A stretch of DNA of 56,492 nucleotides from a virus (lineage: Duplodnaviria > Caudoviricetes), in the IMG/VR virus record IMGVR_UViG_3300023284_000467, positions 1 to 56,492 of that record, one strand, 5' to 3'. This document shows, in pieces, positions 1 to 8,171 of this stretch. Position numbers and translations under genes: made by a program. How positions within the stretch are numbered: position 1 is the stretch's first letter; each line of letters opens with the position of its first letter. The notes beneath the pieces are model-generated. The model had not been told where the DNA came from, searched no databases, and saw only the letters and a program-made list of their open reading frames with translations.

Positions 1-133
1 ATCCATCTGAATCAATCCGTGATAACCACTGAATATCTCCCCATTGTCAGACATATCATCGATCAACCTCCGTAAATTCAACTCGCTCATCGGTCCCGGC
101 CAAGGTCCACCTATTGTCAAACGTGCCCAAAAC

Positions 134-580
134 CTATCGGACATTGTTCCTCCTGGACCAGTTTCTTGACTGGACGTTGTGACATGCCCGACATTGACGA
201 AATCCAGCTTCGGTGATAATCAAATTATTGCCATCATACCGATGACCCTGTGGGCAATGGGTTTTACGATGGTTCTTCCCACTCCACCCATCCCCACGAT
301 GCAGATTCTCTGTCAAACTAACAATTTCCAGATGCTCCGGATTGACACACAGCCGTACCTTACACAGATGGTCGATCGTGAGCCCTTTCGGAATCTCTGC
401 GACATTCAATTCGTACGAGAACCGATGCGCTAGAATGGTCATATGCTGATGCGGAAAGAAATGGCCGTATCCAGTATTTTTATCAATCGTTCCGGTCCAC
501 ATCCAGCAGTTATCCATTTTTCGCACTCTGTTCCAGAACGACGTCACCACATATTCAAACGATGAGAAGGGTCTTGGCAT
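134..580 (-). CDS. HNH homing endonuclease with C-terminal Zn-binding domain
   Basis: CWMWTG, AHRFSY, IDHLCKVRLCVNPEHLE, then KTHCPQGH...CRACH; paralog of 3373..3843. Confidence 0.9.
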   Translation of the reverse strand: MPRPFSSFEYVVTSFWNRVRKMDNCWMWTGTIDKNTGYGHFFPHQHMTILAHRFSYELNVAEIPKGLTIDHLCKVRLCVNPEHLEIVSLTENLHRGDGWSGKNHRKTHCPQGHRYDGNNLIITEAGFRQCRACHNVQSRNWSRRNNVR

Positions 581-1226
581 CGAAGACTATCTCCCTCCTT
601 ATTTCACCATCCTTGAGGAACTTAGCGACTGCCCTAGCAACGAACGCCCCAACGAAGAACGACGTATATATAACTGCCCTCGCAGTGCACGGGAGTTCAA
701 CCGCTTCCTCGTCCGAATACAGCGTGGTCTCGTAAAACGTCAGATCATCGGGATCGCATGGCCGGATGCTGTACAGACGTATGAACTCTCCACCCATACG
801 ACCATCAATCAGCAGTTGCACCTGCGGCTTATACCTCACACTCTCGAATATTTTCTTCCGGCCCTCCATGTTGTCGATGGCAGACACCACGATGCCTCTC
901 GGAACATCTCCGTTCCACTTCCAATTCATCGGATGCACCTTAGCCTCTGAAAACTGCTCTACCATGTTCTGAAATGCATCTACTTTCTGACGGCCAACCG
1001 AATCCATCGGGTAGATTTGATTTGGCAAATTATGTGTCTCTACCCTGTCATCATCGATAACAGTGATTTTCTGAATCCCCAGCTTGCCCAGCGCCAATCC
1101 AACCGGCGATCCAATGCCACCAGCACCCACAATCGTCACCGGACACATCTTTTCCATCGGATTAAAGATATCAGTCTGACGCGAATACAAATCCTCTCGC
1201 TTCCAATCATGCTTCTCCTCCATCAT
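555..1226 (-). CDS. ThiF/E1-like Ubl-activating adenylyltransferase
   Basis: YSRQ, IVGAGGIGS nucleotide-binding loop, DDDRVETHNLPNQ, KVDA, AIDN, IDGRMG; candidate catalytic Cys in ELPCT. Confidence 0.92.
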   Translation of the reverse strand: MMEEKHDWKREDLYSRQTDIFNPMEKMCPVTIVGAGGIGSPVGLALGKLGIQKITVIDDDRVETHNLPNQIYPMDSVGRQKVDAFQNMVEQFSEAKVHPMNWKWNGDVPRGIVVSAIDNMEGRKKIFESVRYKPQVQLLIDGRMGGEFIRLYSIRPCDPDDLTFYETTLYSDEEAVELPCTARAVIYTSFFVGAFVARAVAKFLKDGEIRREIVFDAKTLLIV

Positions 1227-2080
1227 TTTCCCCCCTTTGAAGCCATACCCAGATAACGTCGTAACCAGGACGGTTCCTTGCTAACTTCATCCTCGTCCTT
1301 GGACTCCAGTCGCTTCGTCTCAGTCGTCGCGGCCGTTTCATCCGTTTCATCGAAATACTTTTTCTGGATTCTCTCTCTCTCAACCATGTCATCCCACTCT
1401 GCAGTAGTGATGGTCTTTTTCGGCTTCAAATAATCAGGCAACTGAATCGGCTCCTCACCAGGAAACAGTGCGGCCTGTCCTTGGTTTGTTGCCTCATCGA
1501 TCCGATCACCAACATAATCCCTGTACAGATCACTACCTTTTGTCGGTGCAAATGTGGAGAAGACAGAGCGTCTCCCAAACCGCTCACTAACTTTTTCAGC
1601 AACCTCCTTTCGCAACTCATCTACGAAAGGGTCATCGGCATCCTCCACGACCTCCAGCGTGAGACTATCAATCGTCAAACGAAACGGCTTAAAAACATCC
1701 AACCGCATCCTGTAATTCCCTTCCTTGTTCACTACGATAGACACATACCAGGGCGCTGTCAGACCAAACTTGTCACACGTTCCATGGTCTGTCCCGCTCC
1801 AATACGCTTTCATGTTGGCGTGACTGTGCCACCATAATTTCAGCTCAGACGGATCTTTCTTTTCATCCATCATCTGCATGATCAACTTGGCTACCGAGCT
1901 CTCATCCAACTCGGTATGTGTCCCGCTTACGTCCTGCTCGAACAGCAAAATATCGTGGATTGTGAACTCTGACTTCCCATTCGTCCTAACTATCCCAAGT
2001 CCACCGATCTCACCGCTCACTAACTTTGGGTACGTGAACAGCTTCTTAAACGCGACTCTCGTGATCTTAATCGGTTCCAT
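1223..2080 (-). CDS. JAB/MPN metallo-isopeptidase with acidic C-terminal tail
   Basis: EIGGLG plus WWHSHANMKAYWSGTD (E...HxH...SxxD); start moved to MEPIK (2080, or 2086) after a GGGGG SD. Confidence 0.88.
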   Translation of the reverse strand: MEPIKITRVAFKKLFTYPKLVSGEIGGLGIVRTNGKSEFTIHDILLFEQDVSGTHTELDESSVAKLIMQMMDEKKDPSELKLWWHSHANMKAYWSGTDHGTCDKFGLTAPWYVSIVVNKEGNYRMRLDVFKPFRLTIDSLTLEVVEDADDPFVDELRKEVAEKVSERFGRRSVFSTFAPTKGSDLYRDYVGDRIDEATNQGQAALFPGEEPIQLPDYLKPKKTITTAEWDDMVERERIQKKYFDETDETAATTETKRLESKDEDEVSKEPSWLRRYLGMASKGGK

Positions 2081-3380
2081 CAGCATCCCCCTTCTTAATT
2101 TTATCATCCTTCCATAGCGGTATATGCTCCGCGCCCCACATATCATCCGGATTGTACGTCTGTAGATACGCCAACACGGTCTGCAACACAGCCCCAAACT
2201 CATAGTTACTAATCATCTTGATCACGCCACTTTGGATATTCCCCCAACAGGGCGTGTTCATTTTAACGTGCGGATGATCGATCGTCTCATACCCTCTCTT
2301 CTTTGCATTAGTCATGTTCCTGATCGCCACTTTACTATCTAACCCGATCTGAATCTCGAACGATCCAACCTTCCATTTCTGATCGATCAGCAACTCCGTC
2401 GTCAACGCCTTGATCCCGGCTGGATCAACAGCCAGACCAACTATCTCTTGCATCTCACAGATCTTATCGAACTCGCGTCTCGCCTTCGTATCAAAATCAC
2501 CGTTACGACTCGCCAGTCCACCGATCTGCAACTCCAAACTATCAATTTCACGAATCGCTTCAGTCAAACTCTTTGTGAGGTTGTCTCTCTCTATGACCAA
2601 TCCTTTCAGATCATTCTCAGCTCGTTTCATATCGCCCTGCGACCGGCTTTTCACCAACTGTACATACTGCTCTCTATAACGTTGTAGCCTGTGCCTCTTC
2701 TGCGACTCGAACTGCTCCTCCCACTTCTGTTCATTCAATGCCAGCGGCAGCGCTCGGTCAAAAATCCTGAGCAACACTGAAAACGACCAGAGGTTCTGTC
2801 GCTGCGTTACGGGAACAAGCAAAGCAATCAGATTAGGCATAACCTCCGCAATCCCGATTCCTTTATCATCAAACACGATGGCACCAGCACCAGCGGGACT
2901 AATCACATTTGAATGCGCTCCCATCGGATAGCGGGCTATATCAGCCGTCTGCCCATCACCAACATCAAAACTCAACGCATCAATGTGGCCACCCTGGTTG
3001 CTTCCAACGAGATTCCCATACGGGATCACTGTCACTCTGCCTTTCGCAGCCTCCGATCGCTGCGGTGACATATGACGTTGGACGTAGAACCACAGGTTAC
3101 AACGCTCCCCAAACGACTCCAGGAATTCGATCAGTGAGCTATTTGAAGTCCGAGGACCAAAATCACGATCAACTTCTACTCTCTGTGCCAACGCCCCTTT
3201 TTCCCTCTCAGCTTCAGGCGCAGCCACAGCAGCATCCAACATCTTCAACACTTCCTCCACCAAATGCTGATCACTCATCGGATAGCTAATCGCCGTACCA
3301 GCCCTGATAAACATGATCCGCCTTCGGCTTAGCTCACTGTCGAACCTGGGATCTAACTCGATTTGTCGCCAATCAGCCAT
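2067..3380 (-). CDS. Coiled-coil protein with C-terminal prokaryotic E2 (UBC-like) domain
   Basis: DHPHVKMNTPCWGN resembles the E2 HPH/N...C motif; central coiled coil; start MADWRQ overlaps the HNH stop. Confidence 0.72.
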   Translation of the reverse strand: MADWRQIELDPRFDSELSRRRIMFIRAGTAISYPMSDQHLVEEVLKMLDAAVAAPEAEREKGALAQRVEVDRDFGPRTSNSSLIEFLESFGERCNLWFYVQRHMSPQRSEAAKGRVTVIPYGNLVGSNQGGHIDALSFDVGDGQTADIARYPMGAHSNVISPAGAGAIVFDDKGIGIAEVMPNLIALLVPVTQRQNLWSFSVLLRIFDRALPLALNEQKWEEQFESQKRHRLQRYREQYVQLVKSRSQGDMKRAENDLKGLVIERDNLTKSLTEAIREIDSLELQIGGLASRNGDFDTKARREFDKICEMQEIVGLAVDPAGIKALTTELLIDQKWKVGSFEIQIGLDSKVAIRNMTNAKKRGYETIDHPHVKMNTPCWGNIQSGVIKMISNYEFGAVLQTVLAYLQTYNPDDMWGAEHIPLWKDDKIKKGDADGTD

Positions 3381-3843
3381 TGATTTGCTTCTTCCTCTGT
3401 TTTCTCTCTCGGTCACGGCGGGCATAACAGACTTTGCAGCGTCGATGCATATGGTCGTCTTTATCTTTATGCAGATACAGGTTCTCACCAGACAACGGGT
3501 GACCCCATATGCACTGGGTCTTGGCAACGTTGATGGCTGCATTTGTTTCAGCCCGCATCAAATTTTCCCTCGGCGTGACAACTTCCATGTGATCGGGCTT
3601 GACGCATCTTCGGACTTTACACAGATGATCAATTTGCCGACCAGCCGGTATTTCACCCCTGAACAAACGATATGAGGAGGTATGGGCATGACAACTATGA
3701 CCTTCGTACCAAAAATCCCCGTATCCATTCGGTGCGATGAATCCGGTCCACAGCCAACAGCCGTTGCGAAATTCGATGAACCGGAAGAACCGTTCATAGA
3801 CATTTTCTACAACCATCCTTCCGGTTATCTGATCCCTCTTCAT
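3373..3843 (-). CDS. HNH homing endonuclease inserted in the Ubl operon
   Basis: CWLWTG, IDHLCKVRRCVKPDHME, KTQCIWGH...CKVC. Confidence 0.88.
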   Translation of the reverse strand: MKRDQITGRMVVENVYERFFRFIEFRNGCWLWTGFIAPNGYGDFWYEGHSCHAHTSSYRLFRGEIPAGRQIDHLCKVRRCVKPDHMEVVTPRENLMRAETNAAINVAKTQCIWGHPLSGENLYLHKDKDDHMHRRCKVCYARRDRERKQRKKQING

Positions 3844-4142
3844 CGAATTCCGCCGCGTACTTTTGGCAGGGCAACCAGCGTATCGCCATCCTGCACAGGG
3901 TCTTGCAGGTTAGCGGGCTGACCATTTTTCCGAACCTCCAAACCTTGCGACACGTTAGCTCTCGTTAGAACCTCCTGGACGGTCGCACCTTCCACAACCG
4001 CAACCTCTGTCGGAGTCGCCCCTAACTCAGCAACCCTGACAAACAGTTGACGCCCGACAGCTTCCGTTTCTTCAACGGGAGTAACGTCGATTGGCTCCTC
4101 CTCATTTACTGCCACTGGGTCTCTATGCTCATCCCTTTCCAT
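3840..4142 (-). CDS. Ubiquitin-like (ThiS/MoaD beta-grasp) protein with acidic N-terminal extension
   Basis: GATVQEVL...VRKNG...VQDGDTLVALPKVRGG-IR; AGGAGG SD. Confidence 0.85.
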   Translation of the reverse strand: MERDEHRDPVAVNEEEPIDVTPVEETEAVGRQLFVRVAELGATPTEVAVVEGATVQEVLTRANVSQGLEVRKNGQPANLQDPVQDGDTLVALPKVRGGIR

Positions 4143-4153
4143 AAAACCTCCTT

Positions 4154-4384
4154 TCAGGCTTTTTCTTTCGAGATGACTCTCTCAACACTCCAACCATTCA
4201 GACACAACTTACCAATCTGGGCATAAAACTTCGTCAGGGCTGGCCCTAGATTCTTGTACTTCCCAATTCGCTCGGTCCCTGATCGAATTTCGAACGCCAC
4301 CAAATCTCCTCGGTCTTGTTCAGAGTTAAGACTAACATCAGTCTTCTTACCTCCGTTTCGCATTGCGACCTTAAACATTTCCAT
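4154..4384 (-). CDS. Hypothetical protein
   Basis: 76-aa ORF overlapping the clamp-like gene. Confidence 0.65.
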   Translation of the reverse strand: MEMFKVAMRNGGKKTDVSLNSEQDRGDLVAFEIRSGTERIGKYKNLGPALTKFYAQIGKLCLNGWSVERVISKEKA

Positions 4385-5828
4385 CTTTCACCTTCTTCTG
4401 CGGCAACTGATATACCGCTGTTTTGTCATATGAGCTAAGTCTATTTGTCCTTAGCTTTCCTGTCCTCCTCCATCTTCCGTCTAGCAACTCGAGCTTGATC
4501 ATATCCAGGTCCAGCGCAACCCACCAAACTAAGAATCTCTCCGCTCCTTTTTCAATAACATCACCGGAAATCAGAGACTTTGCACTAACAGCATTTCCAG
4601 TCTCTCTCTGGACAGCAATGCTCTCACTTCCAATCAGTGCAAACTCTTTCATCTCCGATACCGCTCTATCATCGAACACCGTCATTGCTGCTGGCATTAG
4701 ATACTGCTTTCGATCAACTCCACCCTCATTGGATCGAAACAAGATCGGACCCAGATCATTAGCGAATCGCACCGTGACAGCATTCATCCCAGCGAAATAC
4801 TTTGACGCGCATAGCATGTAATAAATCGGAAGCCCGAACGACCCTCGACCTTCAATCGGATCAGCCACCCTCATCTTCTTCGTCTGTGGCTGAAAATTCT
4901 TCCCCTCCATCATCCCAGCCAATGCCCAAACTCCTTCTTCTTCCAATGTGAACCGGAGCCATCTAGCACCATCTGACAATGCCATATCTACCAACTTCTC
5001 CAACCGCTGCCCGTTGATCATGAACTCCAAGCCACCTAGCTGCATCAACCTCCAATCGGGAATTTCGACCACCGCTTCCTGACTTGTAAACACACCGTAT
5101 GCTCCTCCACATTCAATCTGTATGGTCCGATCATTTACGAGATTCACTTTCAAATCATCTCCGAACGCCGCAATCACTTTCATCAACCAAATAGCTCCAG
5201 CATGAATTCTGGCTCTAACTAATGCTCCATCTGCTCTTGGACCGACGAGCCCGAGCTTGTGAATCATCAACTGGTGACTATCACAGGCGCAAACTTCATC
5301 TCGCAACGTGTCCAGGTAAAAGAAGTTGTGCGGTCTATCCGACGCTCTCAGCATCATCGACGCCATCTCCGTAAGAGACACCATGAGTTCTCGCTTATCT
5401 CCAACCACAGTCCCCGCATCCACCAGCGATATCATCGCTGTCCCAACCTGACGCTCAATCAGCACCGTCAGTGCCAGATCATACTGTCTGCCAGACTGTC
5501 GTACCCAACCAGTTGCAGCACTGACACCACCACTGCTCTGCAAATGCATCGTACAATTCGCGTCAGTAAGGAGTCGAGCTACTTTGTCAGCGATCTCTGC
5601 ATTGACCGCGTACACATGTCTATCAGCCGGAGCAGTCGGTTCAGAATGCAACAAGAACCAGAACGCGCCTAAGTCTCGTTTCGACTGAACATCTACAGCA
5701 GCAGTGACCTGGTTTTGACGAAATACGATCGACCGTTCATTAGATCCCGCCGTTTCGCCCACGCGACTGAAGGCGCGACCAACCTTAAAAACATTTTTCA
5801 ATTCAGTTCCTGATACAGTGAATTCCAT
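4371..5828 (-). CDS. Divergent beta sliding clamp-like protein with about 100-aa C-terminal extension
   Basis: MEFTVSGTEL start, ACDSHQL (cf. ATDGHRL), IPDWR (cf. YPDY), FGLPIYY...VRFANDLGPILF...QYLMP at about residue 380. Confidence 0.6.
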   Translation of the reverse strand: MEFTVSGTELKNVFKVGRAFSRVGETAGSNERSIVFRQNQVTAAVDVQSKRDLGAFWFLLHSEPTAPADRHVYAVNAEIADKVARLLTDANCTMHLQSSGGVSAATGWVRQSGRQYDLALTVLIERQVGTAMISLVDAGTVVGDKRELMVSLTEMASMMLRASDRPHNFFYLDTLRDEVCACDSHQLMIHKLGLVGPRADGALVRARIHAGAIWLMKVIAAFGDDLKVNLVNDRTIQIECGGAYGVFTSQEAVVEIPDWRLMQLGGLEFMINGQRLEKLVDMALSDGARWLRFTLEEEGVWALAGMMEGKNFQPQTKKMRVADPIEGRGSFGLPIYYMLCASKYFAGMNAVTVRFANDLGPILFRSNEGGVDRKQYLMPAAMTVFDDRAVSEMKEFALIGSESIAVQRETGNAVSAKSLISGDVIEKGAERFLVWWVALDLDMIKLELLDGRWRRTGKLRTNRLSSYDKTAVYQLPQKKVKDGNV

Positions 5829-5847
5829 TTCACGACCTTATAATCGA

Positions 5848-5885
5848 ATCCTAACATATACACCAACGTTGTCAAGTATTTTCGA
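5848..5885 (-). promoter_or_regulatory. Early sigma70-type promoter, copy 1
   Basis: TCGAAAATAC-TTGACA-16 nt-TAGGAT with extended TG. Confidence 0.8.
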
Positions 5886-5900
5886 CTAGAAATCCACACA

Positions 5901-6473
5901 CTATGCAATTTCTTCACTTTTCTGAAACAGACTCAACTCATCTTCTGCCGACACGCCTGTCTTCCAGCCATCAGTGTCCTTCCATCTCAAACGATACTGT
6001 CGATCACCCAGATACTCGTCCACGAACACTGTCTTGTTGCGCTTCTTGTCGAACACGATGTCGCTCTCAGCGAACAGCCCCTTCTCCTTCGTACGTACTA
6101 CGTGAGCGCGAAGCTGATTCATGAGTTCAGTAACTTCAAAAGCCGTAAGCTCTACCTCCACATCACACCACCCACAGAACTCCTTCAAGTTCGTCTCTAA
6201 CTCATCGAAATCGACCATATCTCCAGCTGTCAGCGACGGAATCTGACTCCACAAACTATCGACCATCTCCTCATCTTCGATCTCGTAGCCCTCATCCTTA
6301 CCTTCTCGCTCCTTATCAAGATCATCCATCGCGTCCTGGACGAGCCTCTCCATCGCCATGTGAATAGCGAGTGCATCATCGTGCAAATCTTTGTAACGTT
6401 TCAGTACATCGGTACACACGATTATAAGTTGACCCGCATCTCTGAACATTGCCTTTCTACTCTTTACTCCCAT
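5901..6473 (-). CDS. Hypothetical acidic protein
   Basis: Start MGVKSRK after AGGAGG SD. Confidence 0.7.
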   Translation of the reverse strand: MGVKSRKAMFRDAGQLIIVCTDVLKRYKDLHDDALAIHMAMERLVQDAMDDLDKEREGKDEGYEIEDEEMVDSLWSQIPSLTAGDMVDFDELETNLKEFCGWCDVEVELTAFEVTELMNQLRAHVVRTKEKGLFAESDIVFDKKRNKTVFVDEYLGDRQYRLRWKDTDGWKTGVSAEDELSLFQKSEEIA

Positions 6474-6481
6474 AATACCTC

Positions 6482-6712
6482 CTATCCGTAAGCGAATTTT
6501 CCCTTCGGCTGTACAGGCTTGATGCTTACTATCGATATCACACGCTTCATTGTCGCGGCAGAACCGCAGTCCATACAAATCTTCTTCTCTTCGGCTTTCC
6601 AGCCAGCTCTATGTCCTGGATTCCGCTCAGTCCAAACCCGCGTCTTGTTGCACCTGTAATAGGTCTTCCCGCACACATCGCAATAACGATTAAAGATTTT
6701 CTTACGCACCAT
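6482..6712 (-). CDS. Small Zn-ribbon protein
   Basis: CDVC...CMDC; GGAGG SD. Confidence 0.65.
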   Translation of the reverse strand: MVRKKIFNRYCDVCGKTYYRCNKTRVWTERNPGHRAGWKAEEKKICMDCGSAATMKRVISIVSIKPVQPKGKFAYG

Positions 6713-7055
6713 TTGACCTCCTACCTCTAGGTCTGCCTATACGCCTGCGTGTTCGCTTTAGATCACCATGCACTCTACGTTCATGCATCGATCTTCCTGC
6801 AGTGTTTCTAAACGGTCCCGCTCCACACCGCTTACGCTTGCAGTAGAACGCCTTATCACCTGGTCTAAGCGCACTACGGCGAGTCACCGGATCGAGCTCA
6901 GCCTTACCATCTTCCTTGGAACCACTCTTTGCTCGCGTCGATCTCTCAGCTTGCAGGACATGCTCTTGATCACCGACCTTGAACTCTATGGGCATCCCAC
7001 GACGCAAATTGAGCAGATCAATCTTGCTCAGCAGTAATAGACTTATTGGTCTCAT
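6702..7055 (-). CDS. Basic protein with C2H2-like zinc finger
   Basis: YCKRKRCGAGPFRNTAGRSMHERRVH and Arg-rich tail. Confidence 0.65.
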   Translation of the reverse strand: MRPISLLLLSKIDLLNLRRGMPIEFKVGDQEHVLQAERSTRAKSGSKEDGKAELDPVTRRSALRPGDKAFYCKRKRCGAGPFRNTAGRSMHERRVHGDLKRTRRRIGRPRGRRSNGA

Positions 7056-7860
7056 CTTCCTCTCCTTTTCCGACTAAATCTGGATACTCTGCTCTCAACT
7101 TCTTCATGTACGAGCCTTCTTTGTCGAGATACACCTTGCGAAAATCATAGAACAAACGCCAGTCAGTCCTGCCGAGCTCTTTCCCTCGGGCGGTGTGAGC
7201 ATCGACAGCATACTCAGGCACGGGTGGTCTCCATCCATGCTTTACTCTCAACTGTGTCAACACCTTGAGATCATCAACCTCTGTACTCTTCTTAGCACGT
7301 GAGAGCACCATGACGGCATGCACCAGCGGATCAGGATCGACAAAGAATCGTGACATCCACTTGCAAAAATCCCACCCCTGCGCCAACGATATTGCCGTCC
7401 GAACTGCCTCTGGATCTGCGAACCCAACATCCTCTGACGCCTGAATCACTACCCGCTTCCAGGTGTACCCTGGTGCAATCGTCGATGCCTCCATAGCCCA
7501 GAACACCGCCATTTCCTCATTCCCTAGACGGACTTCCTTGTGCATCGCCGAAATGACTTCATCCAGTCTGTACCCATTCTTCGTCACCGCTCTCGGCTTC
7601 TTGGCTCTGTGCTGTGCCTCAGTGATCACCACTCCTTCTTTATGTCGCTCCTTGTAGCTGAGCGACATCATCACTGCCTTGATGTGTTTACAAAACGTCC
7701 CTCGCTGACCTGCATAGCAATCACAGGTCAACCCACCCTGCTCACCATAATCAATCACCGTGTAGTCCATATCCTTGCGCGACTGAGACGGGACGACATA
7801 CTTATTAGGATCGTCGGTCGTCTCAACCTGGATCGTCTCTATCGGCTTTGCTTGTGCCAT
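7018..7860 (-). CDS. SWIM zinc finger fused to RarA/MgsA C-terminal-like domain (no ATPase)
   Basis: TCDC...FCKHIKAV; ISAMHKEVR, WKRVVIQASEDVGFADP, AKKS, DAHTARGK. Confidence 0.75.
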   Translation of the reverse strand: MAQAKPIETIQVETTDDPNKYVVPSQSRKDMDYTVIDYGEQGGLTCDCYAGQRGTFCKHIKAVMMSLSYKERHKEGVVITEAQHRAKKPRAVTKNGYRLDEVISAMHKEVRLGNEEMAVFWAMEASTIAPGYTWKRVVIQASEDVGFADPEAVRTAISLAQGWDFCKWMSRFFVDPDPLVHAVMVLSRAKKSTEVDDLKVLTQLRVKHGWRPPVPEYAVDAHTARGKELGRTDWRLFYDFRKVYLDKEGSYMKKLRAEYPDLVGKGEEDETNKSITAEQD

Positions 7861-7909
7861 AATTCCTCCTAACTACAAATATCAGCTCGAAAATTTCTCC
7901 ATTGAAAGA

Positions 7910-7947
7910 GGTATAACAGATACAACATTGTTGTCAAGGATTTTCGA
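7910..7947 (-). promoter_or_regulatory. Early sigma70-type promoter, copy 2
   Basis: TCGAAAATCC-TTGACA-16 nt-TATACC with extended TG. Confidence 0.7.
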
Positions 7948-7973
7948 TGGTATTTTATCCTTCCCAAATAGGC

Positions 7974-8171
7974 TCACCATGGCGTTACAGTCATCGGATG
8001 CTTCTCAGGAACCTGCACTCGGAGTTCAGGTGGTCCAACATGAAAAAGTAAGAGCATGTATGAGTTTCTCGACCTTCGAGCTGATCTTAGCAGCCACATT
8101 CGGTCATCCCGTGTGATTATGGAGGCCGGAGATTTCTCATTCAACCCAATGAACTTTTCTCGATAGCTCAT
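7974..8171 (-). CDS. Small hypothetical protein (MSYREKF..., 65 aa)
   Basis: TAATG coupling to the ligase stop; GGAGG SD. Confidence 0.5.
   Translation of the reverse strand: MSYREKFIGLNEKSPASIITRDDRMWLLRSARRSRNSYMLLLFHVGPPELRVQVPEKHPMTVTPW
8011..8031. repeat. Palindrome ACCTGCACTC-G-GAGTTCAGGT, copy 1 of 3
   Basis: Read directly; related copies at 12793 and 13771. Confidence 0.7.

Noticed and set aside
1-59. Partial CDS (MICLTMGDIQ...) running off the left edge
   Set aside because: A GGAGG SD is present, but only 19 codons are visible
555-4142. Thiamine or molybdopterin biosynthesis genes
   Set aside because: No ThiG/MoaE partners in the window; the E2-like and JAB genes favour conjugation
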